NCBI GenBank assembly: GCA_964057225.1
Contig: OZ059900.1
Span: 26,722,001-26,786,000 of the forward strand
Reading direction: 5' to 3'
DNA: 64,000 bases
Source of the DNA: Auanema rhodensis
Taxonomy: Eukaryota; Animalia; Nematoda
The position numbers and the translations under genes were made by a program. The notes beneath the pieces are model-generated. The model saw nothing but the letters and a program-made list of their open reading frames with translations. It did no database searches and was not told the DNA's origin. Below, piece after piece: positions 38,101 to 53,100 of the stretch (position 1 is the stretch's first letter; every line of letters starts with the position of its first letter).

Positions 38101-41100
38101 CCCATGTCCATATTAGTCTAAAAACAAATTTTTATTGATATTGGTTCATGGTAACCATGTCTTTGAAGTTTACGTGAACTTTAATTTATGCTAATTAAAT
38201 GTACACGTGATGTGCACTTGGTATGTAACTCGCTTCACGTGAAAGATAAAGAGATGCGGTTTTCAAAATTAAATTCCCCATGTCCATATTAGTCTAAAAA
38301 CAAATTTTTATTGATATTGGTTCATGGTAACCATGTCTTTGAAATTTACGTGAACTTTAATTTATGCTAATTAAATGTACACGCGATGTGCACTTGGTAT
38401 GTAACTCGCTTCACGTGAAAGATAAAGAGATGCGGTTTTCAAAATTAGATTCCCCATGTCCATATTAGTCTAAAAACAAATTTTTATTGATATTGGTTCA
38501 TGGTAACCATGTCTTTGAAATTTACGTGAACTTTAATTTATGCTAATTAAATGTACACGTGATGTGCACTTGGTATGTAACTCGCTTCACGTGAAAGATA
38601 AGGAGATGTGGTTTTTAAAATTAGATTCCCCATGTCCATATTAGTCTAAAAACAAATTTTTATTGATATTGGTGCATGGTAACCATGACTTTGAAATTTA
38701 CGTGAACTTTAATTTATGCTAATTAAATGTACACGTGATGTACACTTGGTATGTAACTCGCTTCACGTGAAAGATAAAGAGATGCGGTTTTCAAAATTAG
38801 ATTCCCCATGTCCATATTAGTCTAAAAACAAATTTTTATTGATATTGGTTCATGGTAACCATGTCTTTGAAATTTACGTGAACTTTAATTTATGCTAATT
38901 AAATGTACACGCGATGTGCACTTGGTATGTAACTCGCTTCACGTGAAAGATAAAGAGATGCGGTTTTCAAAATTAGATTCCCCATGTCCATATTAGTCTA
39001 AAAACAAATTTTTATTGATATTGGTGCATGGTAACCATGACTTTGAAATTTACGTGAACTTTAATTTATGCTAATTAAATGTACACGTGATGTACACTTG
39101 GTATGTAACTAGCTTCACGTGAAAGATAAAGAGATGCGGTTTTCAAAATTAGATTCCCCATGTCCATATTAGTCTAAAAACAAATTTTTATTGATATTGG
39201 TTCATGGTAACCATGACTTTGAAATTTACGTGAACTTTAATTTATGTTAATTAAATGTACAAGTGATGTACACTTGGTATGTAACTCGCTTCACGTGAAA
39301 GATAAAAAGATGCGGTTTCCAAAATTAGATTCCCCATGTCCATATTAGTCTAAAAACAAATTTTTATTGATATTGGTTCATGGTAACCATGTCTTTGAAA
39401 TTTACGTGAACTTTAATTTATGCTAATTAAATGTACACGTGATGTGCACTTGGTATGTAACTCGCTTCACGTGAAAGATAACGAGATGTGGTTTTCAAAA
39501 TTAGATTCCCCATGTCCATATTAGTCTAAAAACAAATTTTTATTGATATTGGTTCATGGTAACCATGTCTTTGAAATTTACGTGAACTTTAATTTATGCT
39601 AATTAAATGTACACGTGATGTACACTTGGTATGTAACTCGCTTCACGTGAAAGATAAAGAGATGCGGTTTTCAAAATTAGATTCCCCATGTCCATATTAG
39701 TCTAAAAACAAATTTTTATTGATATTGGTTCATGGTAACCATGACTTTGAAATTTACGTGAACTTTAATTTATGTTAATTAAATGTACAAGTGATGTACA
39801 CTTGGTATGTAACTCGCTTCACGTGAAAGATAAAAAGATGCGGTTTCCAAAATTAGATTCCCCATGTCCATATTAGTCTAAAAACAAATTTTTATTGATA
39901 TTGGTTCATGGTAACCATGTCTTTGAAATTTACGTGAACTTTAATTTATGCTAATTAAAAGTACACGTGATGTGCCCTTGGTATGTAACTCGCTTCACGT
40001 GAAAGATAAAGAGATGCGGTTTTCAAACTTAGATTCCCCATGTCCATATTAGTCTAAAAACAAATTTTTATTGATATTGGTTCATGGTAACCATGACTTT
40101 GAAATTTACGTGAACTTTAATTTATGCTAATTAAATGTACACGTGATGTGCCCTTGGTATGTAACTCGCTTCACGTGAAAGATAAAGAGATGCGGTTCTC
40201 AAAATTAGATTCCCCAAGTCCATATTAGTCTAAAAACAAATTTTTATTGATATTGGTTCATGGTAACCATGTCTTTGAAGTTTACGTGAACTTTAATTTA
40301 TGCTAATTAAATGTACACGTGATGTGCACTTGGTATGTAACTCGCTTCACGTGAAAGATAAAGAGATGCGGTTCTCAAAATTAGATTCCCCATGTCCATA
40401 TTAGTCTAAAAACAAATTTTTATTGATATTGGTGCATGGTAACCATGACTTTGAAATTTACGTGAACTTTAATTTATGCTAATTAAATGTACACGTGATG
40501 TGCACTTGGTATGTAACTCGCTTCACGTGAAAGATAAAGAGATGCGGTTTTCAAAATTAGATTCCCCATGTCCATATTAGTCTAAAAACAAATTTTTTTG
40601 ATATTGGTTCATGGTAACCATGTCTTTGAAATTTACGTGAACTTTAATTTATGCTAATTAAATGTACACGTGATGTGCACTTGGTATGTAACTCGCTTCA
40701 CGTGAAAGATAAAGAGATGCGGTTTTCAAAATTAGATTCCCCATGTCCATATTAGTCTAAAAACAAATTTTTATTGATATTGGTTCATGGTAACCATGAC
40801 TTTGAAATTTACGTGAACTTTAATTTATGCTAATTAAATGTACACGTGATGTGCACTTGGTATGTAACTCGCTTCACGTGAAAGATAAAGAGATGTGGTT
40901 TTTAAAATTAGATTCCCCATGTTCATATTAGTCTAAAAACAAATTTTTATTGATATTGGTTCATGGTAACCATGACTTTGAAATTTACGTGAACTTTAAT
41001 TTATGCCAATTAAATGTACACGTGATGTGCACTTGGTATGTAACTCGCTTCACGTGAAAGATAAAGAGATGCGGTTTTTGAAATTAGATTCCCCATGTCC

Positions 41101-44100
41101 ATATTAGTCTAAAAACAAATTTTTATTGATATTGGTTCATGGTAACCATGTCTTTGAAATTTACGTGAACTTTAATTTATGCTAATTAAATGTACACGTG
41201 ATGTGCACTTGGTATGTAACTCGCTTCACGTGAAAGATAAAGAGATGCGGTTTTCAAAATTAGATTCCCCATGTCCATATTAGTCTAAAAACAAATTTTT
41301 ATTGATATTGGTGCATGGTAACCATGACTTTGAAATTTACGTGAACTTTAATTTATGCTAATTAAATGTACACGTGATGTACACTTGGTATGTAACTCGC
41401 TTCACGTGAAAGATAAAGAGATGCGGTTTTCAAAATTAGATTCCCCATGTCCATATTAGTCTAAAAACAAATTTTTATTGATATTGGTTCATGGTAACCA
41501 TGTCTTTGAAGTTTACGTGAACTTTAATTTATGCTAATTAAATGTGCACGTGATGTGCACTTGGTATGTAACTCGCTTCACGTGAAAGATAAAGAGATGC
41601 GGTTTTCAAAATTAGATTCCCCATGTCCATATTAGTCTAAAAACAAATTTTTATTGATATTGGTGCATGGTAACCATGACTTTGAAATTTACGTGAACTT
41701 TAATTTATGCTAATTAAATGTACACGTGATGTGCACTTGGTATGTAACTCGCTTCACGTGAAAGATAAAGAGATGCGGTTTTCAAAATTAGATTCCCCAT
41801 GTCCATATTAGTCTAAAAACAAATTTTTATTGATATTGGTTCATGGTAACCATGACTTTGAAATTTACGTGAACTTTAATTTATGCTAATTAAATGTACA
41901 CGTGATGTGCACTTGGTATGTAACTCGCTTCACGTGAAAGATAAGGAGATGTGGTTTTTAAAATTAGATTCCCCATGTCCATATTAGTCTAAAAACAAAT
42001 TTTTATTGATATTGGTTCATGGTAACCATGTCTTTGAAATTTACGTGAACTTTAATTTATGCTAATTAAATGTACACGCGATGTGCACTTGGTATGTAAC
42101 TCGCTTCACGTGAAAGATAAAGAGATGCGGTTTTCAAAATTAGATTCCCCATGTCCATATTAGTCTAAAAACAAATTTTTATTGATATTGGTGCATGGTA
42201 ACCATGACTTTGAAATTTACGTGAACTTTAATTTATGCTAATTAAATGTACACGTGATGTACACTTGGTATGTAACTCGCTTCACGTGAAAGATAAAGAG
42301 ATGCGGTTTTCAAAATTAGATTCCCCATGTCCATATTAGTCTAAAAACAAATTTTTATTGATATTGGTTCATGGTAACCATGACTTTGAAATTTACGTGA
42401 ACTTTAATTTATGTTAATTAAATGTACAAGTGATGTACACTTGGTATGTAACTCGCTTCACGTGAAAGATAAAAAGATGCGGTTTCCAAAATTAGATTCC
42501 CCATGTCCATATTAGTCTAAAAACAAATTTTTATTGATATTGGTTCATGGTAACCATGTCTTTGAAATTTACGTGAACTTTAATTTATGCTAATTAAATG
42601 TACACGTGATGTGCACTTGGTATGTAACTCGCTTCACGTGAAAGATAACGAGATGTGGTTTTCAAAATTAGATTCCCCATGTCCATATTAGTCTAAAAAC
42701 AAATTTTTATTGATATTGGTTCATGGTAACCATGTCTTTGAAATTTACGTGAACTTTAATTTATGCTAATTAAATGTACACGTGATGTGCACTTGGTATG
42801 TAACTCGCTTCACGTGTAAGATAAAGAGATGCGGTTTTCAAAATTAGATTCATCATGTCCATATTAGTCTAAAAACAAATTTTTATTGATATTGGTGCAT
42901 GGTAACCATGACTTTGAAATTTACGTGAACTTTAATTTATGCTAATTAAATGTACACGTGATGTGCCCTTGGTATGTAACTCGCTTCACGTGAAAGATAA
43001 AGAGATGCGGTTTTCAAACTTAGATTCCCCATGTCCATATTAGTCTAAAAACAAATTTTTATTGATATTGGTTCATGGTAACCATGACTTTGAAATTTAC
43101 GTGAACTTTAATTTATGCTAATTAAATGTACACGTGATGTGCCCTTGGTATGTAACTCGCTTCACGTGAAAGATAAAGAGATGCGGTTCTCAAAATTAGA
43201 TTCCCCAAGTCCATATTAGTCTAAAAACAAATTTTTATTGATATTGGTTCATGGTAACCATGTCTTTGAAGTTTACGTGAACTTTAATTTATGCTAATTA
43301 AATGTACACGTGATGTGCACTTGGTATGTAACTCGCTTCACGTGAAAGATAAAGAGATGCGGTTTTCAAAATTAGATTCCCCATGTCCATATTAGTCTAA
43401 AAACAAATTTTTATTGATATTGGTGCATGGTAACCATGACTTTGAAATTTACGTGAACTTTAATTTATGCTAATTAAATGTACACGTGATGTGCACTTGG
43501 TATGTAACTCGCTTCACGTGAAAGATAAAGAGATGCGGTTTTCAAAATTAGATTCCCCATGTCCATATTAGTCTAAAAACAAATTTTTTTGATATTGGTT
43601 CATGGTAACCATGTCTTTGAAATTTACGTGAACTTTAATTTATGCTAATTAAATGTACACGTGATGTGCACTTGGTATGTAACTCGCTTCACATGAAAGA
43701 TAAAGAGATGCGGTTTTCAAAATTAGATTCCCCATGTCCATATTAGTCTAAAAACAAATTTTTATTGATATTGGTTCATGGTAACCATGACTTTGAAATT
43801 TACGTGAACTTTAATTTATGCTAATTAAATGTACACGTGATGTGCACTTGGTATGTAACTCGCTTCACGTGAAAGATAAAGAGATGTGGTTTTTAAAATT
43901 AGATTCCCCATGTTCATATTAGTCTAAAAACAAATTTTTATTGATATTGGTGCATGGTAACCATGACTTTGAAATTTACGTGAACTTTAATTTATGCCAA
44001 TTAAATGTACACGTGATGTACACTTGGTATGTAACTCGCTTCACGTGAAAGATAAAGAGATGCGGTTTTCAAAATTAGATTCCCCATGTCCATATTAGTC

Positions 44101-47100
44101 TAAAAACAAATTTTTATTGATATTGGTTCATGGTAACCATGTCTTTGAAATTTACGTGAACTTTAATTTATGCTAATTAAATGTACACGTGATGTGCACT
44201 TGGTATGTAACTCGCTTCACGTGTAAGATAAAGAGATGCGGTTTTCAAAATTAGATTCATCATGTCCATATTAGTCTAAAAACAAATTTTTATTGATATT
44301 GGTGCATGGTAACCATGACTTTGAAATTTACGTGAACTTTAATTTATGCTAATTAAATGTACACGTGATGTGCCCTTGGTATGTAACTCGCTTCACGTGA
44401 AAGATAAAGAGATGCGGTTTTCAAACTTAGATTCCCCATGTCCATATTAGTCTAAAAACAAATTTTTATTGATATTGGTTCATGGTAACCATGTCTTTGA
44501 AGTTTACGTGAACTTTAATTTATGCTAATTAAATGTACACGTGATGTGCACTTGGTATGTAACTCGCTTCACGTGAAAGATAAAGAGATGCGGTTTTCAA
44601 AATTAAATTCCCCATGTCCATATTAGTCTAAAAACAAATTTTTATTGATATTGGTTCATGGTAACCATGTCTTTGAAATTTACGTGAACTTTAATTTATG
44701 CTAATTAAATGTACACGCGATGTGCACTTGGTATGTAACTCGCTTCACGTGAAAGATAAAGAGATGCGGTTTTCAAAATTAGATTCCCCATGTCCATATT
44801 AGTCTAAAAACAAATTTTTATTGATATTGGTTCATGGTAACCATGTCTTTGAAATTTACGTGAACTTTAATTTATGCTAATTAAATGTACACGTGATGTG
44901 CACTTGGTATGTAACTCGCTTCACGTGAAAGATAAGGAGATGTGGTTTTTAAAATTAGATTCCCCATGTCCATATTAGTCTAAAAACAAATTTTTATTGA
45001 TATTGGTGCATGGTAACCATGACTTTGAAATTTACGTGAACTTTAATTTATGCTAATTAAATGTACACGTGATGTACACTTGGTATGTAACTCGCTTCAC
45101 GTGAAAGATAAAGAGATGCGGTTTTCAAAATTAGATTCCCCATGTCCATATTAGTCTAAAAACAAATTTTTATTGATATTGGTTCATGGTAACCATGTCT
45201 TTGAAATTTACGTGAACTTTAATTTATGCTAATTAAATGTACACGCGATGTGCACTTGGTATGTAACTCGCTTCACGTGAAAGATAAAGAGATGCGGTTT
45301 TCAAAATTAGATTCCCCATGTCCATATTAGTCTAAAAACAAATTTTTATTGATATTGGTGCATGGTAACCATGACTTTGAAATTTACGTGAACTTTAATT
45401 TATGCTAATTAAATGTACACGTGATGTACACTTGGTATGTAACTAGCTTCACGTGAAAGATAAAGAGATGCGGTTTTCAAAATTAGATTCCCCATGTCCA
45501 TATTAGTCTAAAAACAAATTTTTATTGATATTGGTTCATGGTAACCATGACTTTGAAATTTACGTGAACTTTAATTTATGTTAATTAAATGTACAAGTGA
45601 TGTACACTTGGTATGTAACTCGCTTCACGTGAAAGATAAAAAGATGCGGTTTCCAAAATTAGATTCCCCATGTCCATATTAGTCTAAAAACAAATTTTTA
45701 TTGATATTGGTTCATGGTAACCATGTCTTTGAAATTTACGTGAACTTTAATTTATGCTAATTAAATGTACACGTGATGTGCACTTGGTATGTAACTCGCT
45801 TCACGTGAAAGATAACGAGATGTGGTTTTCAAAATTAGATTCCCCATGTCCATATTAGTCTAAAAACAAATTTTTATTGATATTGGTTCATGGTAACCAT
45901 GTCTTTGAAATTTACGTGAACTTTAATTTATGCTAATTAAATGTACACGTGATGTGCACTTGGTATGTAACTCGCTTCACGTGTAAGATAAAGAGATGCG
46001 GTTTTCAAAATTAGATTCATCATGTCCATATTAGTCTAAAAACAAATTTTTATTGATATTGGTGCATGGTAACCATGACTTTGAAATTTACGTGAACTTT
46101 AATTTATGCTAATTAAATGTACACGTGATGTGCCCTTGGTATGTAACTCGCTTCACGTGAAAGATAAAGAGATGCGGTTTTCAAACTTAGATTCCCCATG
46201 TCCATATTAGTCTAAAAACAAATTTTTATTGATATTGGTTCATGGTAACCATGACTTTGAAATTTACGTGAACTTTAATTTATGCTAATTAAATGTACAC
46301 GTGATGTGCCCTTGGTATGTAACTCGCTTCACGTGAAAGATAAAGAGATGCGGTTCTCAAAATTAGATTCCCCAAGTCCATATTAGTCTAAAAACAAATT
46401 TTTATTGATATTGGTTCATGGTAACCATGTCTTTGAAGTTTACGTGAACTTTAATTTATGCTAATTAAATGTACACGTGATGTGCACTTGGTATGTAACT
46501 CGCTTCACGTGAAAGATAAAGAGATGCGGTTTTCAAAATTAGATTCCCCATGTCCATATTAGTCTAAAAACAAATTTTTATTGATATTGGTGCATGGTAA
46601 CCATGACTTTGAAATTTACGTGAACTTTAATTTATGCTAATTAAATGTACACGTGATGTGCACTTGGTATGTAACTCGCTTCACGTGAAAGATAAAGAGA
46701 TGCGGTTTTCAAAATTAGATTCCCCATGTCCATATTAGTCTAAAAACAAATTTTTTTGATATTGGTTCATGGTAACCATGTCTTTGAAATTTACGTGAAC
46801 TTTAATTTATGCTAATTAAATGTACACGTGATGTGCACTTGGTATGTAACTCGCTTCACGTGAAAGATAAAGAGATGCGGTTTTCAAAATTAGATTCCCC
46901 ATGTCCATATTAGTCTAAAAACAAATTTTTATTGATATTGGTTCATGGTAACCATGACTTTGAAATTTACGTGAACTTTAATTTATGCTAATTAAATGTA
47001 CACGTGATGTGCACTTGGTATGTAACTCGCTTCACGTGAAAGATAAAGAGATGTGGTTTTTAAAATTAGATTCCCCATGTTCATATTAGTCTAAAAACAA

Positions 47101-50100
47101 ATTTTTATTGATATTGGTTCATGGTAACCATGACTTTGAAATTTACGTGAACTTTAATTTATGCCAATTAAATGTACACGTGATGTGCACTTGGTATGTA
47201 ACTCGCTTCACGTGAAAGATAAAGAGATGCGGTTTTTGAAATTAGATTCCCCATGTCCATATTAGTCTAAAAACAAATTTTTATTGATATTGGTTCATGG
47301 TAACCATGTCTTTGAAATTTACGTGAACTTTAATTTATGCTAATTAAATGTACACGTGATGTGCACTTGGTATGTGACTCGCTTCACGTGAAAGATAAAG
47401 AGATGCGGTTCTCAAAATTAGATTCCCCAAGTCCATATTAGTCTAAAAACAAATTTTTATTGATATTGGTTCATGGTAACCATGTCTTTGAAGTTTACGT
47501 GAACTTTAATTTATGCTAATTAAATGTACACGTGATGTGCACTTGGTATGTAACTCGCTTCACGTGAAAGATAAAGAGATGCGGTTTTCAAAATTAGATT
47601 CCCCATGTCCATATTAGTCTAAAAACAAATTTTTATTGATATTGGTTCATGGTAACCATGTCTTTGAAGTTTACGTGAACTTTAATTTATGCTAATTAAA
47701 TGTACACGTGATGTGCACTTGGTATGTAACTCGCTTCACGTGAAAGATAAAGAGATGCGGTTTTCAAAATTAAATTCCCCATGTCCATATTAGTCTAAAA
47801 ACAAATTTTTATTGATATTGGTTCATGGTAACCATGTCTTTGAAATTTACGTGAACTTTAATTTATGCTAATTAAATGTACACGCGATGTGCACTTGGTA
47901 TGTAACTCGCTTCACGTGAAAGATAAAGAGATGCGGTTTTCAAAATTAGATTCCCCATGTCCATATTAGTCTAAAAACAAATTTTTATTGATATTGGTGC
48001 ATGGTAACCATGACTTTGAAATTTACGTGAACTTTAATTTATGCTAATTAAATGTACACGTGATGTACACTTGGTATGTAACTCGCTTCACGTGAAAGAT
48101 AAAGAGATGCGGTTTTCAAAATTAGATTCCCCATGTCCATATTAGTCTAAAAACAAATTTTTATTGATATTGGTGCATGGTAACCATGACTTTGAAATTT
48201 ACGTGAACTTTAATTTATGCTAATTAAATGTACACGTGATGTGCCCTTGGTATGTAACTCGCTTCACGTGAAAGATAAAGAGATGCGGTTTTCAAAATTA
48301 GATTCCCCATGTCCATATTAGTCTAAAAACAAATTTTTATTGATATTGGTGCATGGTAACCATGACTTTGAAATTTACGTGAACTTTAATTTATGCTAAT
48401 TAAATGTACACGTGATGTACACTTGGTATGTAACTCGCTTCACGTGAAAGATAAAGAGATGCGGTTTTCAAAATTAGATTCCCCATGTCCATATTAGTCT
48501 AAAAACAAATTTTTATTGATATTGGTTCATGGTAACCATGACTTTGAAATTTACGTGAACTTTAATTTATGTTAATTAAATGTACAAGTGATGTACACTT
48601 GGTATGTAACTCGCTTCACGTGAAAGATAAAAAGATGCGGTTTCCAAAATTAGATTCCCCATGTCCATATTAGTCTAAAAACAAATTTTTATTGATATTG
48701 GTTCATGGTAACCATGTCTTTGAAATTTACGTGAACTTTAATTTATGCTAATTAAATGTACACGTGATGTGCACTTGGTATGTAACTCGCTTCACGTGAA
48801 AGATAACGAGATGTGGTTTTCAAAATTAGATTCCCCATGTCCATATTAGTCTAAAAACAAATTTTTATTGATATTGGTTCATGGTAACCATGTCTTTGAA
48901 ATTTACGTGAACTTTAATTTATGCTAATTAAATGTACACGTGATGTGCACTTGGTATGTAACTCGCTTCACGTGTAAGATAAAGAGATGCGGTTTTCAAA
49001 ATTAGATTCATCATGTCCATATTAGTCTAAAAACAAATTTTTATTGATATTGGTGCATGGTAACCATGACTTTGAAATTTACGTGAACTTTAATTTATGC
49101 TAATTAAAAGTACACGTGATGTGCCCTTGGTATGTAACTCGCTTCACGTGAAAGATAAAGAGATGCGGTTTTCAAACTTAGATTCCCCATGTCCATATTA
49201 GTCTAAAAACAAATTTTTATTGATATTGGTTCATGGTAACCATGACTTTGAAATTTACGTGAACTTTAATTTATGCTAATTAAATGTACACGTGATGTGC
49301 CCTTGGTATGTAACTCGCTTCACGTGAAAGATAAAGAGATGCGGTTCTCAAAATTAGATTCCCCAAGTCCATATTAGTCTAAAAACAAATTTTTATTGAT
49401 ATTGGTTCATGGTAACCATGTCTTTGAAGTTTACGTGAACTTTAATTTATGCTAATTAAATGTACACGTGATGTGCACTTGGTATGTAACTCGCTTCACG
49501 TGAAAGATAAAGAGATGCGGTTTTCAAAATTAGATTCCCCATGTCCATATTAGTCTAAAAACAAATTTTTATTGATATTGGTGCATGGTAACCATGACTT
49601 TGAAATTTACGTGAACTTTAATTTATGCTAATTAAATGTAGACGTGATGTGCACTTGGTATGTAACTCGCTTCACGTGAAAGATAAAGAGATGCGGTTTT
49701 CAAAATTAGATTCCCCATGTCCATATTAGTCTAAAAACAAATTTTTTTGATATTGGTTCATGGTAACCATGTCTTTGAAATTTACGTGAACTTTAATTTA
49801 TGCTAATTAAATGTACACGTGATGTGCACTTGGTATGTAACTCGCTTCACGTGAAAGATAAAGAGATGCGGTTTTCAAAATTAGATTCCCCATGTCCATA
49901 TTAGTCTAAAAACAAATTTTTATTGATATTGGTTCATGGTAACCATGACTTTGAAATTTACGTGAACTTTAATTTATGCTAATTAAATGTACACGTGATG
50001 TGCCCTTGGTATGTAACTCGCTTCACGTGAAAGATAAAGAGATGCGGTTTTCAAACTTAGATTCCCCATGTCCATATTAGTCTAAAAACAAATTTTTATT

Positions 50101-53100
50101 GATATTGGTTCATGGTAACCATGACTTTGAAATTTACGTGAACTTTAATTTATGCTAATTAAATGTACACGTGATGTGCCCTTGGTATGTAACTCGCTTC
50201 ACGTGAAAGATAAAGAGATGCGGTTCTCAAAATTAGATTCCCCAAGTCCATATTAGTCTAAAAACAAATTTTTATTGATATTGGTTCATGGTAACCATGT
50301 CTTTGAAGTTTACGTGAACTTTAATTTATGCTAATTAAATGTACACGTGATGTGCACTTGGTATGTAACTCGCTTCACGTGAAAGATAAAGAGATGCGGT
50401 TTTCAAAATTAGATTCCCCATGTCCATATTAGTCTAAAAACAAATTTTTATTGATATTGGTGCATGGTAACCATGACTTTGAAATTTACGTGAACTTTAA
50501 TTTATGCTAATTAAATGTACACGTGATGTGCACTTGGTATGTAACTCGCTTCACGTGAAAGATAAAGAGATGCGGTTTTCAAAATTAGATTCCCCATGTC
50601 CATATTAGTCTAAAAACAAATTTTTTTGATATTGGTTCATGGTAACCATGTCTTTGAAATTTACGTGAACTTTAATTTATGCTAATTAAATGTACACGTG
50701 ATGTGCACTTGGTATGTAACTCGCTTCACGTGAAAGATAAAGAGATGCGGTTTTCAAAATTAGATTCCCCATGTCCATATTAGTCTAAAAACAAATTTTT
50801 ATTGATATTGGTTCATGGTAACCATGACTTTGAAATTTACGTGAACTTTAATTTATGCTAATTAAATGTACACGTGATGTGCACTTGGTATGTAACTCGC
50901 TTCACGTGAAAGATAAAGAGATGTGGTTTTTAAAATTAGATTCCCCATGTTCATATTAGTCTAAAAACAAATTTTTATTGATATTGGTTCATGGTAACCA
51001 TGACTTTGAAATTTACGTGAACTTTAATTTATGCCAATTAAATGTACACGTGATGTGCACTTGGTATGTAACTCGCTTCACGTGAAAGATAAAGAGATGC
51101 GGTTTTCAAAATTAGATTCCCCATGTCCATATTAGTCTAAAAACAAATTTTTTTGATATTGGTGCATGGTAACCATGACTTTGAAATTTACGTGAACTTT
51201 AATTTATGCTAATTAAATGTACACGTGATGTGCACTTGGTATGTAACTCGCTTCACGTGAAAGATAAAGAGATGCGGTTTTCAAAATTAGATTCCCCATG
51301 TCCATATTAGTCTAAAAACAAATTTTTATTGATATTGGTTCATGGTAACCATGACTTTGAAATTTACGTGAACTTTAATTTATGCTAATTAAATGTACAC
51401 GTGATGTGCACTTGGTATGTAACTCGCTTCACGTGAAAGATAAAGAGATGCGGTTTTCAAAATTAGATTCCCCATGTCCATATTAGTCTAAAAACAAATT
51501 TTTTTGATATTGGTTCATGGTAACCATGTCTTTGAAATTTACGTGAACTTTAATTTATGCTAATTAAATGTACACGTGATGTGCACTTGGTATGTAACTC
51601 GCTTCACGTGAAAGATAAAGAGATGCGGTTTTCAAAATTAGATTCCCCATGTCCATATTAGTCTAAAAACAAATTTTTATTGATATTGGTTCATGGTAAC
51701 CATGACTTTGAAATTTACGTGAACTTTAATTTATGCTAATTAAATGTACACGTGATGTGCACTTGGTATGTAACTCGCTTCACGTGAAAGATAAAGAGAT
51801 GTGGTTTTTAAAATTAGATTCCCCATGTTCATATTAGTCTAAAAACAAATTTTTATTGATATTGGTTCATGGTAACCATGACTTTGAAATTTACGTGAAC
51901 TTTAATTTATGCTAATTAAATGTACACGTGATGTGCACTTGGTATGTAACTCGCTTCACGTGAAAGATAAAGAGATGCGGTTTTCAAAATTAGATTCCCC
52001 ATGTCCATATTAGTCTAAAAACAAATTTTTTTGATATTGGTGCATGGTAACCATGACTTTGAAATTTACGTGAACTTTAATTTATGCTAATTAAATGTAC
52101 ACGTGATGTGCACTTGGTATGTAACTCGCTTCACGTGAAAGATAAAGAGATGCGGTTTTCAAAATTAGATTCCCCATGTCCATATTAGTCTAAAAACAAA
52201 TTTTTATTGATATTGGTTCATGGTAACCATGACTTTGAAATTTACGTGAACTTTAATTTATGCTAATTAAATGTACACGTGATGTGCACTTGGTATGTAA
52301 CTCGCTTCACGTGAAAGATAAAGAGATGTGGTTTTTAAAATTAGATTCCCCATGTTCATATTAGTCTAAAAACAAATTTTTATTGATATTGGTTCATGGT
52401 AACCATGACTTTGAAATTTACGTGAACTTTAATTTATGCCAATTAAATGTACACGTGATGTGCACTTGGTATGTAACTCGCTTCACGTGAAAGATAAAGA
52501 GATGCGGTTTTTGAAATTAGATTCCCCATGTCCATATTAGTCTAAAAACAAATTTTTATTGATATTGGTTCATGGTAACCATGTCTTTGAAATTTACGTG
52601 AACTTTAATTTATGCTAATTAAATGTACACGTGATGTGCACTTGGTATGTGACTCGCTTCACGTGAAAGATAAAGAGATGCGGTTTTCAAAATTAGATTC
52701 CCCATGTCCATATTAGTCTAAAAACAAATTTTTATTGATATTGGTGCATGGTAACCATGACTTTGAAATTTACGTGAACTTTAATTTATGCTAATTAAAT
52801 GTACACGTGATGTGCACTTGGTATGTAACTCGCTTCACGTGAAAGATAAAGAGATGCGGTTTTCAAAATTAGATTCCCCATGTCCATATTAGTCTAAAAA
52901 AAAAAATTTTTATTGATATTGGTTCATGGTAACCATGACTTTGAAATTTACGTGAACTTTAATTTATGTTAATTAAATGTACAAGTGATGTACACTTGGT
53001 ATGTAACTCGCTTCACGTGAAAGATAAAAAGATGCGGTTTCCAAAATTAGATTCCCCATGTCCATATTAGTCTAAAAACAAATTTTTATTGATATTGGTT

